DNA from: Candidatus Bathyarchaeota archaeon
Lineage (GTDB): Archaea; Thermoproteota; Bathyarchaeia; Bathyarchaeales; Bathyarchaeaceae
Direction of reading: 5' to 3'
DNA: 64,000 nucleotides
NCBI GenBank assembly: GCA_037386545.1
Contig: JARRLY010000006.1
Location: forward strand, 24,773-88,772
The notes beneath the pieces were generated by a model. The model was not told the DNA's origin and searched no databases. It saw only the letters and a list, made by a program, of their open reading frames with translations. Positions 28,304 through 37,424 of the stretch are shown one piece after another (position 1 is the first letter of the stretch; every line of letters starts with the position of its first letter). A program made the position numbers and the translations under genes.

Positions 28304-29674
28304 ATGACAACCGAAAGCTGGCTACAATGCATCAATCCTAGTTGTGGAAAAAAATACAGTGTAAATGAACCCCGAACAAACTGCGACTGTGGAGAATTAC
28401 TAGACGTTAAATACAAAGGAGAATTCCCCACAAGTTTGAAAGAAACTTTTAGTGAACGCCTGAATCATCACCAAAACATCTTCAACGAAAGCGGAGTTTG
28501 GCGATTCCGTGAACTTCTTAATTTTGCGGGAGTAGACACAGAAAACTATGGCGATTACAGCAAAAAATTAGTCTCCCTTGACGGCGCAGAAGGCAGAACT
28601 AAACCTTTCCATTTGACCCGGGTTGCAGATTATGTTGGACTAAAATCTGCGAATTTTTGGTTGCAGTTTGAAGGTGACAACCCCACAGGTTCTTTCAAAG
28701 ATAATGGCATGGCTTCAGCGTTCACACATGCGCGAATAGTCGGTGCCAAAAAGGTTGTTTGTGCTTCTACAGGCAACACTTCTAGTTCTGCGGCGGCTTT
28801 TGCAGCTAACGAATTAGACATGCAAGCAGTCATCTTAGTTGGAGAAGGAAAAATTGCAAAAGGCAAACTGGCTCAGTCCCTTGCTTATGGTGCAAAAGTT
28901 TTGCAGGTTAAAGGCGATTTTGATGTGGCCATGGCTATGGTACAGGCCCTTTCAAAACAAAGCGACATCTATGTTGTTAACTCTTTGAACTGTTTCCGTC
29001 TTGAAGGCCAAAAAACAATGATGTTCCGGATTCTAGATTATCTACGCTGGGAAGTTCCTGACTGGATTGTGTTTCCAGGAGGCAACTTGGGGAACACTTC
29101 AGCTTTTGGCAAGGCGTTTATGGAGCTTTACGAGTACGGCTGGATAAAAAAGAAACCCCGAATGGCAGTTATTGTCGCTAAAGGCGCGCCAACGTTGTCT
29201 GACATGTACAACGAACACGGTCTGCGGTGGAATAATGGAAAACTTGACAACAGTATCATCAACGACTATTATGCTGAAGTGGAACGCAAAGGCATCAAAG
29301 CAAAAACCCGTGCCAGTGCAATTGAAATTTTAAAGCCAGTTAACCTCAAGAAAGCGATTCGGACTTTGGAGTTCACTGATGGAGTTGTAACCACAGTTAC
29401 TGATGAAAAAATATTGGATGCTATGGCTATGGTAAGCAAGAACGGGTTTGGTTGTGAGCCAGCTTCTGCTGCTACAGTTGCAGGAACCAAAAAACTGGTC
29501 GCCGAAGGAGTAATCAAAGAAGATGCATCTGTAGTTGGAATTGCCACGGGCCATATTCTGAAGGATACTTCTGCGATTGTAGATTATCATTTTAATCCCA
29601 AAAACAAGTTTGCTAACACGCCAATTGTTGTGGAACCAGACGTAAAACAGATCCTAAAACTTGCAAATTCTTAG
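28304..29674 (+). CDS. thrC: Threonine synthase with N-terminal zinc ribbon
   Basis: PLP-lysine motif 'NPTGSFKDNG', 'STGNTS', and N-terminal 'C..C...C.C'. Confidence 0.9.
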   Translation: MTTESWLQCINPSCGKKYSVNEPRTNCDCGELLDVKYKGEFPTSLKETFSERLNHHQNIFNESGVWRFRELLNFAGVDTENYGDYSKKLVSLDGAEGRTKPFHLTRVADYVGLKSANFWLQFEGDNPTGSFKDNGMASAFTHARIVGAKKVVCASTGNTSSSAAAFAANELDMQAVILVGEGKIAKGKLAQSLAYGAKVLQVKGDFDVAMAMVQALSKQSDIYVVNSLNCFRLEGQKTMMFRILDYLRWEVPDWIVFPGGNLGNTSAFGKAFMELYEYGWIKKKPRMAVIVAKGAPTLSDMYNEHGLRWNNGKLDNSIINDYYAEVERKGIKAKTRASAIEILKPVNLKKAIRTLEFTDGVVTTVTDEKILDAMAMVSKNGFGCEPASAATVAGTKKLVAEGVIKEDASVVGIATGHILKDTSAIVDYHFNPKNKFANTPIVVEPDVKQILKLANS

Positions 29675-29675
29675 A

Positions 29676-29927
29676 TTATGCTGCGCCCAGAAAACTTAGG
29701 GCTTGGGTCGCGATTACAAACAAGAATATGGAGCTTGTTACTTTGGAGCCGACTTTCCAGACTACCGAGAGCAGAATCAGTATTGTTGCCATCTGTATGA
29801 GTTGCTGGGATGCGGATACGCCCATGTATTCTAAAATGAAGCCGATAACAAAGGTTAACCCATCTCCGATGGTTTTTAATCCAATCATTATTTGGCCTAA
29901 GGCTTCGATTAAGCCTGGAGTTAACAC
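29676..29927 (-). CDS. Possible small two-TM membrane protein
   Basis: This is the most protein-like of three overlapping frames and has two hydrophobic helices. No homology recognised. Confidence 0.3.
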   Translation of the reverse strand: MLTPGLIEALGQIMIGLKTIGDGLTFVIGFILEYMGVSASQQLIQMATILILLSVVWKVGSKVTSSIFLFVIATQALSFLGAA

Positions 29928-30411
29928 TTTTTTTCACACCTAAGCTCCACTAATGCTCAAAATACAGTAACGTTTACTTAATTTATCAACCTTGTGCGGC
30001 ATGGGTTTGGATATTAAATCCAGTTAACCAATTATCAATAGAAGTATTGTTCTGTTTTATTGACACTTACTACAGATTTAACCAGATTTTAAATGTAAAT
30101 GAATATTTATTACAAAAAATAAATATTATTAAAACTTCAATAAACAAAATATTAACTGTTTTTGTGTTTGGAACTTGATTTATCTACGTTTCCATCATAA
30201 TTACTAGTTAAAGCACAATGTTTAACAAATCAAGTAAATCCAGCCTGGAAATGATTCTAATAATTTTTGGAGCACTACTTTATTGACCAGTGCTTGTGGT
30301 GCACTTTCAATGCAGTCCATAATACACTTAAAATAACTAATTTCAGCAGTTAAGACCTTTTAAGAAATGAAAAATTTAAGTACAAGACCGTTGATTGTTA
30401 CGGAATTGAAT

Positions 30412-30486
30412 GCCTTGGTAGTATAGCTAGGCCTAGTATAGGCGGCTGTCGCCCGCCCGACCCGGGTTCAAATCCCGGCCAAGAAT
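30412..30486 (+). tRNA. tRNA-Asp (anticodon GUC)-like gene with mismatched terminal acceptor pairs; no encoded CCA
   Basis: D arm GTAT-AGCTAGGCCTA-GTAT. Anticodon arm GGCGG-CTGTCGC-CCGCC. T arm CCGGG-TTCAAAT-CCCGG. The acceptor GCCTTGG versus CCAAGAA pairs only 5 of 7 positions (G1/A72 and C2/A71 are mismatched). Confidence 0.6.
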
Positions 30487-30535
30487 TGATTTGTTTAATG
30501 CTTTGTGAAGTCTAAACAACTAGGGTGAGTTTTGC

Positions 30536-31714
30536 ATGACAACTTTTGATACAAACAAATCTTCCCGTCGAAACATCTTTGCTTTGGGGTTTGTTAGCTT
30601 TTTTACTGACCTTTCCAGTGAAATGGTTCTAAGCTTACTACCAACCTTTCTTTTAGGTCTGCCTGGCTCAAGCACAGCAATACTGGGTTTAATTGAGGGC
30701 CTTGCTGAAGCCTTAAGTTATGCTATGCGGGCAGTCTCAGGAATTTTTTCAGACAAGTTCCAAAAACGCAAAACCTTTGTTTTATTGGGATATTCCATAT
30801 CCAACATCGTGAAGCCCTTTTTTGCGGTGGCTCAGGTACCCTTTGATGTTTTTGTAATCCGCGTAACTGACCGCATTGGAAAAGGTGTTCGAACTTCTCC
30901 CCGGGATGCCCTCATCTGTGAATCAGTTTCAGAAAAAAACCGAGGCGCAGCCTTTGGTTTACACCGAACCCTTGACCAAACAGGAGCCATTCTAGGTCCT
31001 GTAATTGCTTCTGGGGGCATGGTTTTGCTTAGTTTCACAGTACGGGACATTTTCTGGTTGTCTCTTATTCCTGGAGCCATTGCACTTGTGCTGATTTTGT
31101 TTTTTGTCAAAGAACGAGCAAGCAAATGCAGTGGTGACTTTAAATTACTGGACGGTGTGCGTTCAACCTTGGCGGGCAGGTTTTCTTGGTTACTTGTTGT
31201 GGTAGGCATCTTCTCTTTGGGGGCCTTCAATTTTTCCTTTGTTTTACTTAACGCCACAGAAGCAGGCATTGCAGACTCATACGTTCCCCTAGTTTATGCT
31301 GTGGTTAACGTAGCCCATGTTGCAGTTGCCATTCCGGCAGGAGTAGTTTCAGATCGCGTTGGAAAAGAGAAAGTCATGGTCTTGGGTTATAGTGTGTTTT
31401 TGTGCACGTCTTTGTTGCTTATGGTTCCTGTGACTGGAGTTTTTGCTGTGTTAATTGCAGTGATGTTTGGGGCATACATTGGAATTGTACAAACCGTTCA
31501 GAGGGCACTTATTCCTAATTACGTTTCAGAAAACTTGCGAGGAACAGCTTACGGTCTTTACTATCTGGTGGTGGGTTCTGCATTCTTTGTTTCTAATGCT
31601 GTTGTTGGACTTTTGTGGAATTCCTTTGGCTCTTCAACAGCATCCATCTACAGTGTCGCCTTATCTGCAATAGCCATCCTTGCAATGATTGCCTTCATCA
31701 GAAAAAAACCATAA
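30536..31714 (+). CDS. MFS transporter
   Basis: About 12 hydrophobic segments and the loop 2-3 motif 'SDKFQKRK'. Confidence 0.85.
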   Translation: MTTFDTNKSSRRNIFALGFVSFFTDLSSEMVLSLLPTFLLGLPGSSTAILGLIEGLAEALSYAMRAVSGIFSDKFQKRKTFVLLGYSISNIVKPFFAVAQVPFDVFVIRVTDRIGKGVRTSPRDALICESVSEKNRGAAFGLHRTLDQTGAILGPVIASGGMVLLSFTVRDIFWLSLIPGAIALVLILFFVKERASKCSGDFKLLDGVRSTLAGRFSWLLVVVGIFSLGAFNFSFVLLNATEAGIADSYVPLVYAVVNVAHVAVAIPAGVVSDRVGKEKVMVLGYSVFLCTSLLLMVPVTGVFAVLIAVMFGAYIGIVQTVQRALIPNYVSENLRGTAYGLYYLVVGSAFFVSNAVVGLLWNSFGSSTASIYSVALSAIAILAMIAFIRKKP

Positions 31715-31729
31715 ACAATCCAATGATGT

Positions 31730-32131
31730 TCACTGGAAAGTTTTTGTTACCCATTCTTTGATTTCATCCCTGGCTTGTCTTACTTGTTGCATAATTTGCT
31801 CTTCTGTGCCCGTAAACTTTGAAGGGTCAGTAAAACTTTTGTGCATAACTTTTTTTCCTGGAAAGAAGGGACATGCTTCTTTAGCACCATCACAAACCGT
31901 AATTACCATATCAAATTTTTTTCCCTTAAACTCGTTGATGCTTTTTGACCTTAGTTTTGAGGTGTCGATTCCAATTTCATTTAGAGCTTTGGCAACATAG
32001 GGGTTTACCTTGGTTGTTGTGGTTCCAGCACTGTATGCTTTGTATGTGTTTGAAAGGTACGCGTTAGTTAGAGCTTCTGCAATTTGGGAGCGGGCAGAAT
32101 TGTGGGTGCAAATAAACAAAATTTCTTTCAT
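31730..32131 (-). CDS. arsC: Arsenate reductase (LMW-PTP/thioredoxin-coupled type)
   Basis: 'ILFICTHNSARSQIAEA' CX5R(S) P-loop plus downstream Cys residues ('TVCDGAKEACP'). Confidence 0.85.
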   Translation of the reverse strand: MKEILFICTHNSARSQIAEALTNAYLSNTYKAYSAGTTTTKVNPYVAKALNEIGIDTSKLRSKSINEFKGKKFDMVITVCDGAKEACPFFPGKKVMHKSFTDPSKFTGTEEQIMQQVRQARDEIKEWVTKTFQ

Positions 32132-32139
32132 AAAATCAA

Positions 32140-32532
32140 CTATAATAATTCAAGGTCCATGAGTTTCTCGATTTCGTCTTTATCTGCAATAGAGCAGTAG
32201 GCCCATTTTCCTTTCTTTTTTCGTCTAACTATTCCCACGTTTTCTAAAATCTCAATATGATGAGAAAGGTTTGGCTGAGTCATGCCAAGGCAAACCATGA
32301 GTTCACAGATGCACATTTCTTTGTTCATAAGCAGTTTCACTATTCTGAGGCGTTTTTCATCCGCTAAGGCTTTGAAAAATTTGCTATGCTTCTTTGCAGT
32401 TTTAATGTCAGCAACGGTTTCCGCTAGTTCGAGCAATTCTTTGCAGTATTCTTCGGGGGCTTCTGCTTTGCAGAATTCAGTTTCTGTAAGCCGTTTCAGT
32501 CTTTCTTTGATGTCTTCCATGATTTTTCCCAT
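32140..32532 (-). CDS. arsR: ArsR/SmtB family metalloregulator
   Basis: 'CICELMVCLGMTQPNLSHHIEILENVGIV' wHTH with a Cys-rich sensing site. Confidence 0.85.
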   Translation of the reverse strand: MGKIMEDIKERLKRLTETEFCKAEAPEEYCKELLELAETVADIKTAKKHSKFFKALADEKRLRIVKLLMNKEMCICELMVCLGMTQPNLSHHIEILENVGIVRRKKKGKWAYCSIADKDEIEKLMDLELL

Positions 32533-32543
32533 TGTTTTAATGT

Positions 32544-32567
32544 GTAAACGTTTCTAAATATGTTTAC
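32544..32567. promoter_or_regulatory. Inverted repeat GTAAAC-N12-GTTTAC in the arsR/acr3 divergent promoter (candidate ArsR operator)
   Basis: GTAAAC at 32544-32549 and GTTTAC at 32562-32567, located 12-35 nt upstream of the arsR start. Confidence 0.35.
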
Positions 32568-32770
32568 CCAAACAAAACAAATAAATATATCTAAATATAT
32601 TGATATATAGTAGTTGTAGTAACTAGGATGTGACTAAACCAATTGACAAATAACTTGAAATGTCCAAAAGGAATCCCTGATACCTATTGTCATCAGTCGC
32701 CATATTGTGCGACTTATGTTGCTCGAAAAAAACAGCAAACCAAATAATCCCATTTTTTTGAGGAATCATC

Positions 32771-33796
32771 ATGGAAGAAAACCCCCAAGTTCACCTTAGT
32801 GTCTTTGAAAAATACCTCGCTTTGTGGGTTATGTTATGCATGGTCACTGGGCTTTTTCTTTCCCAGATTGTTCCAGAACTAAGCATTGCAATAAACAATC
32901 TCCAGTTTGCAGGAATTTCTATCCCTATTGGAATTTGTTTGTTTTTAATGATGTATCCTGCTTTGTTAAATCTGCAGCTAAGTGAACTCAAAAAAATCAC
33001 CAAAAACCCCAAACCAATACTTGTAACTATTGTCTCCAACTGGTTTTTTGCTCCGCTGATAACTGCTTTTCTTGCGTATTACTTCTTGGCGGGTAACGAT
33101 CAACTAATTGTTTCTTTGATTCTTCTTGGTTCTAGTCCCTGCACTGCAATGGTTCTAGTCTGGGGTGCTTTAGCGAAAGGAAATCAAGAACAAAACGTCG
33201 TAAACACAACCCTGAACACCATAACGATCATGTTTTTGTATGCTCCTGTGGTTTCCCTGTTAACTGGAATTCAAAACATCCAAATTGACAGAACATCCCT
33301 GTTGTTGTCTGTCTTTATTTTCATTGGAATTCCCTTAGTTTTGGGTTACATTTCAAAGAAAACCCTGACCCGCAAAAAAGGGGAACAATGGTTCCAGCAC
33401 ACTTACCGACCCGCAGTTGGAAAAATATCAATCTTAGCGCTATTGGCAACCCTAATCGTATTGTTTTCCCTTAATGGCAATGTTCTAATCGAGCATCCCG
33501 AAGAAATGCTTCTGGTTTCTGTTCCTTTGCTTCTTGGTTTCTTCATCATTGTGGGCATTAATTTGGTAGTTACAAAGTTTGCCGGCTTCAAGTACCGAGA
33601 AGGCATAATTGCAGTTATAATTGGCTCGTCCAGTCATTTCGAAATCGCCATTGCAACGGCAATCAGCCTTTACGGTTTAGGCTCCCAAGCTGCCCTTGGA
33701 ACCACTATGGGTCTGTTTTGGGAGGTTCCAGTTATGCTCAGTCTAGTTTATTTGGGCAAAAAACTTGGCCAGAAAGGATTCTGGAAAAGTAATTAA
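32771..33796 (+). CDS. acr3: Arsenite efflux permease, ACR3 family
   Basis: About 10 TM helices and an 'LLGSSPCTAMVLVW' region. Divergent from arsR. Confidence 0.9.
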   Translation: MEENPQVHLSVFEKYLALWVMLCMVTGLFLSQIVPELSIAINNLQFAGISIPIGICLFLMMYPALLNLQLSELKKITKNPKPILVTIVSNWFFAPLITAFLAYYFLAGNDQLIVSLILLGSSPCTAMVLVWGALAKGNQEQNVVNTTLNTITIMFLYAPVVSLLTGIQNIQIDRTSLLLSVFIFIGIPLVLGYISKKTLTRKKGEQWFQHTYRPAVGKISILALLATLIVLFSLNGNVLIEHPEEMLLVSVPLLLGFFIIVGINLVVTKFAGFKYREGIIAVIIGSSSHFEIAIATAISLYGLGSQAALGTTMGLFWEVPVMLSLVYLGKKLGQKGFWKSN

Positions 33797-33817
33797 CAAT
33801 CCAAAACATAATATTAG

Positions 33818-34618
33818 GTGACAAAAATGGAAAACAAAAAAATTAAAGAACACATCAAAAAGCGGTATGGTGCCATTGCATCATCAGAATGCTCTAGTTG
33901 TTCCTCAACTTCGTGCAGCTCTTCTTCTTGCTGTACCTTACCCGGTTCCGACGACCCTCCCCAATACATCGCATGGAAAGTCGGCTACACTCCTGATGAT
34001 ATTAACAGCGTCCCAGAAGCTGCAGTTTCAGGTCTGGGCTGTGGAAACCCCGTTGCCTTGGCAAGCCTCAAAGAGGGGGAAACTGTTTTGGACCTTGGTT
34101 CAGGAGGCGGAATGGACGCCTTTTTAGCCTCCAAAAAAGTTGGACCCAAAGGAAAAGTCATTGGCGTTGATATGACCCAACAAATGATCGACAGAGCCAA
34201 AACTACTGCATCTGAGAATGGATACAAGAACGTGGAGTTCCGGCTAGGAGAGATTGAATCTTTGCCCGTTGATGACGAATCTGTGGATGTAATCATCAGT
34301 AACTGTGTAGTTAATTTGGCTCCTGACAAACTAAAGGTTTTCAAAGAAGCCTACAGAGTTCTTAAACCAACTGGAAGATTGATGGTCTCCGACCTTGTCA
34401 CGTTAGGGGATATGCCTGAAAGTGTCAAGAAGAGTTTTGATGCTTGGGCTTGTTGTATCGGCGGAGCTTTAGAAAAAGACGATTACCTTAACAAAATTGC
34501 AGAAGCAGGATTCAGTAACGTTAAAGTTGTTTCCGAAAAACCTTACTTGATTGATGTTAATGCTGCCGTAAGAGGAAAAATTATCAGCATACAAGTAGAA
34601 GCTAAGAAAAGTTCCTAA
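33818..34618 (+). CDS. arsM: Arsenite S-adenosylmethionine methyltransferase
   Basis: SAM motif 'VLDLGSGGGMD'. Cys-rich N-terminus ('SSSCC') and 'WACCIGGA'. Confidence 0.8.
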   Translation: MTKMENKKIKEHIKKRYGAIASSECSSCSSTSCSSSSCCTLPGSDDPPQYIAWKVGYTPDDINSVPEAAVSGLGCGNPVALASLKEGETVLDLGSGGGMDAFLASKKVGPKGKVIGVDMTQQMIDRAKTTASENGYKNVEFRLGEIESLPVDDESVDVIISNCVVNLAPDKLKVFKEAYRVLKPTGRLMVSDLVTLGDMPESVKKSFDAWACCIGGALEKDDYLNKIAEAGFSNVKVVSEKPYLIDVNAAVRGKIISIQVEAKKSS

Positions 34619-34686
34619 TCTGATGTGTGTTAATTCCTATCGGACCTGAGAAACTGAGGCATAATTTAGGGTATGTTCTGATTATG

Positions 34687-34848
34687 TTATCCTAGGGTGC
34701 CCTTGATTGCATCAGCTTTCAATCTGAGGTTATCTAGCGTGTCGTCGTAATGAAGGCACGAATCCTCATCTTTTTCAGTGTCTTTTAATGACCAGTGACC
34801 CTTATTCCAATTAAGGCAATTTTCTTTATCACATAATTGATAATCCAT
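34687..34848 (-). CDS. Possible 53-aa Cys-containing small protein (below the ORF-track cutoff)
   Basis: ATG at 34848 is preceded by 'GGGAAAGGGTA'. Translation MDYQLCDKENCLNWNKGHWSLKDTEKDEDSCLHYDD...*. It lies between arsM and the second arsR. Confidence 0.25.
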   Translation of the reverse strand: MDYQLCDKENCLNWNKGHWSLKDTEKDEDSCLHYDDTLDNLRLKADAIKGTLG

Positions 34849-34873
34849 TACCCTTTCCCTTCCAAATTTTTTG

Positions 34874-35197
34874 TTATATGATGTGTTCTAAAATTTTTTC
34901 TGTAAGGGAATTCATAATTTCTGGAGTTAAGCCATCAATAACTTTGAATATTTCAGGGTCCGCTACGGAGTAGAGTCGCCAGTTTCCATCTTTTCTACAT
35001 GTGACCATCCCACAGTTTTTCAGAATCTTCAGGTGCCTAGAAACAACTGGCTGAATCAACTCAACATGAGGAACAATTTTGCATACGCATTTTTCGCCGT
35101 CTCGGAGGAATTCTAGGATTTCTATTCTGACGGGGTCGGATAGTGCTTTGAAGATTTTGGCTTTGAACTTGTTTTGGTCTTTGATTTGCAAGAACAT
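34874..35197 (-). CDS. ArsR family transcriptional regulator (second copy)
   Basis: 'LSDPVRIEILEFLRDGEKCVCKI......VSRHLKILKNCGMV'. ATG at 35197 preferred over the TTG at 35203. Confidence 0.8.
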   Translation of the reverse strand: MFLQIKDQNKFKAKIFKALSDPVRIEILEFLRDGEKCVCKIVPHVELIQPVVSRHLKILKNCGMVTCRKDGNWRLYSVADPEIFKVIDGLTPEIMNSLTEKILEHII

Positions 35198-35218
35198 GAG
35201 CAAACAATGAGAAAAGTG

Positions 35219-35232
35219 AATATTTAAATATT
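35219..35232. promoter_or_regulatory. Perfect 14-bp palindrome AATATTTAAATATT between the second arsR and the ferredoxin gene
   Basis: The sequence is its own reverse complement. It lies 22 nt upstream of the arsR2 ATG. It could be an operator, a TATA element, or both. Confidence 0.3.
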
Positions 35233-35293
35233 GTTATATACTGCCGTATTTTCTCAGCCAATTGTTGAAACATAACTTTGAAGGTAATTAGCA

Positions 35294-35569
35294 ATGTCTG
35301 AAAAAACATTTGAAGGGATTCCACGAAATAAAATTTCTTGGGACCCAATAATCGATTATGAAAAATGTATTGCCTGTGGAAAATGTGTTGAATTCTGTCA
35401 TGTTGGGGCATTCAAGTTTGAGGAAAAAGATGGAGAAAAAAGACCTGTAGTGAACCCAAATAAATGCATTGTATTCTGTAGAGGTTGCGAAGATTTCTGT
35501 CCTGTCGGTGCAATCACGCATCCATCTGAAGAAGAAACTCAAAAAATCATAGAGAAACTAAAAAAATAG
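35294..35569 (+). CDS. 4Fe-4S dicluster ferredoxin-like protein
   Basis: 'CIACGKCVEFC' and 'CIVFCRGCEDFCP'. Confidence 0.7.
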   Translation: MSEKTFEGIPRNKISWDPIIDYEKCIACGKCVEFCHVGAFKFEEKDGEKRPVVNPNKCIVFCRGCEDFCPVGAITHPSEEETQKIIEKLKK

Positions 35570-35578
35570 TTCCCTTTT

Positions 35579-36163
35579 TTATGCTCCAACTCCGTACCAT
35601 GAGAATACTTTGGCAAATATCGGTATTATTGCGCCGCAGGCTGTCCGAGCTAGGACTGTCAATAAGAATCCGTCAACTCCTGTGACGACGTTGATGGGTG
35701 AGAGATGAAAAATTCCGAAAAGCATGATTCCTCCGATGGTGGTTGAAACTATTCCTACGATTAGCATTCTGCGGAAGTTGTCTGATTTTTTGTTCATAGC
35801 TCCTGCCATGTAACCAATCAATATTGGGCTAAGGACATATCCTAGCAAAATTGAGTTTCCTCCAAAGGCGCCTCCTCCAAATGAGAAGCTGTCTGCCCAA
35901 TAAAGGGCGTAAAGGCTGCCCATGATAAATCCTGAAGCTCCTCCTGCCCACTGGTTCCAGGCTAGTCCCAGGAGTAAGGGGATTACAGTTAAGACCAGAA
36001 GTTCTTCCAGTTCCATAGTAATTCCAGTTATTGCGCCAAATCCTCCCCCACCAATTAAGTTCTGCAGTTGAGAAACTAATACAATTAACAAAATAACAAC
36101 GACAGGAACGATTACGCTGTAAATAATGTCGTTTTTGGTCCATTGCTTCCATCCAAGACTCAA
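35579..36163 (-). CDS. Integral membrane protein (Gly-rich, 5-6 TM)
   Basis: Hydrophobic profile only. Confidence 0.5.
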   Translation of the reverse strand: MSLGWKQWTKNDIIYSVIVPVVVILLIVLVSQLQNLIGGGGFGAITGITMELEELLVLTVIPLLLGLAWNQWAGGASGFIMGSLYALYWADSFSFGGGAFGGNSILLGYVLSPILIGYMAGAMNKKSDNFRRMLIVGIVSTTIGGIMLFGIFHLSPINVVTGVDGFLLTVLARTACGAIIPIFAKVFSWYGVGA

Positions 36164-36216
36164 AGTTTTTCACCTGAATGGTGCAACTGTCTATTTATAT
36201 TAGAATTTAAATTTTG

Positions 36217-37305
36217 TTATATACCAACCAGAATCTTGTAGTTCTTTTCAATTTCATTGAGCAAAATATCCTTTGTTATCTTTCCTTCAGACTGCAACAT
36301 TGCAGCAATAGAAATTCCACCGCATCCGACACCTTCTTTGACTACGCCTTTTTCATAAGCGTGCAGTCCCTCAAACTTTGAGTTGCCAAAATGTAGATCT
36401 GCAGCTAAAACTGGAACATCAGCGATTCTGGAAACTAAACAGTTAATGTCTGACGATTTGTCGTTTACTATCCATTTGGTAGTCCCAATGGCAACATTAT
36501 CTAAGACTTCGGGGTTTGAGGCATTTACAACTGCTAAAACAGCTGCCATCTGGGTTCCCCCTGCCATAATAACAGGCACATTTTTTGCTGCTCCAATAAT
36601 TAATCCTGCTGCTGCGGGTTGCATAGGGTCGCCAACTGCGGAAACTGCAGCCATGGGGTCGTTACTGTATTGACCTTCGGATATGCTTGCTGCTCGCAAA
36701 CCTGCTTGGGCAGTTTTAATTTTCAAATCATGAGGATTCATTGGCATGCTACTACTGACTTTGCCTTTTGCATCAACCCCCAGAGCCAACAACACACTAA
36801 GGGCTGTGGTGGTTCCTCCGGGAATACTTTCCCCTACAACGAGATAATCTATGGTTTTTGACAGGGTTTCTCCTGCAATTTTTGCTCGCTCCATTACTCC
36901 TTGGGGGTTTTCTACAGCGTTGGCAGTTCGAATATCCTTTCCGGGACAACCGCCCACATCAATAAAGGGAACATGGGGCTTGATTTTCAAGCCCGCATTA
37001 ACTACAAGGGTGGGTATGTCTGCAAGTCTTAAAGCTGACATGGTGATCAACGCTGGCGTTGGAATCCCATCCGGAGTTACGGGAACCCCGGGAATGCACT
37101 TGCATTTGCCAAAATACAACAATTCCATGTCTGCAGGGGGCGTGTAATCAGTAATTTCTGGGTTTGCTCCAGCGGCAGAGATCCCTTGAATTTTTGCGGT
37201 TTCAGTTACTCCAACAACGCAACTAAAAAACGGTTTTTTGCCCTTTAGTTGTTTAATCATTTCTGTGCCTTTGGTTTGGTTGTTTGACAAAATAATATCA
37301 TACAT
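36217..37305 (-). CDS. CobT-like phosphoribosyltransferase homologue (UPF0284 family)
   Basis: 'GISAAGANPE.TDYTPPAD.E' and 'GESIPGGTTTA' resemble the archaeal CobT-like family. Start moved to the internal ATG (MYDIIL...), because the longer ORF overlaps the divergent gene. Confidence 0.65.
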   Translation of the reverse strand: MYDIILSNNQTKGTEMIKQLKGKKPFFSCVVGVTETAKIQGISAAGANPEITDYTPPADMELLYFGKCKCIPGVPVTPDGIPTPALITMSALRLADIPTLVVNAGLKIKPHVPFIDVGGCPGKDIRTANAVENPQGVMERAKIAGETLSKTIDYLVVGESIPGGTTTALSVLLALGVDAKGKVSSSMPMNPHDLKIKTAQAGLRAASISEGQYSNDPMAAVSAVGDPMQPAAAGLIIGAAKNVPVIMAGGTQMAAVLAVVNASNPEVLDNVAIGTTKWIVNDKSSDINCLVSRIADVPVLAADLHFGNSKFEGLHAYEKGVVKEGVGCGGISIAAMLQSEGKITKDILLNEIEKNYKILVGI

Positions 37306-37424
37306 GTTTTTTACTCCCCGTTTCCTGTAATTGTTTGTGGTTGTGGTTGGAGTATCCGACCGATACTTTAAATCTATTACTGAAAATAGTTCAAGACAAC
37401 AAACAAGCACACGGTGACTCAAAA

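Noticed and set aside
29940-30410. A 470-bp very AT-rich spacer with the palindromes TCCAG-C-CTGGA, AGCACT..AGTGCT and GTGCAC. I considered it as a replication origin with ORB-like boxes.
   Set aside because: No orc1/cdc6 gene is nearby. The 'CCAG' boxes do not match the ORB dyad (TTCCA-N-TGGAA) well and are not arranged as inverted pairs around a DUE. It is more likely just promoter/terminator space before tRNA-Asp.
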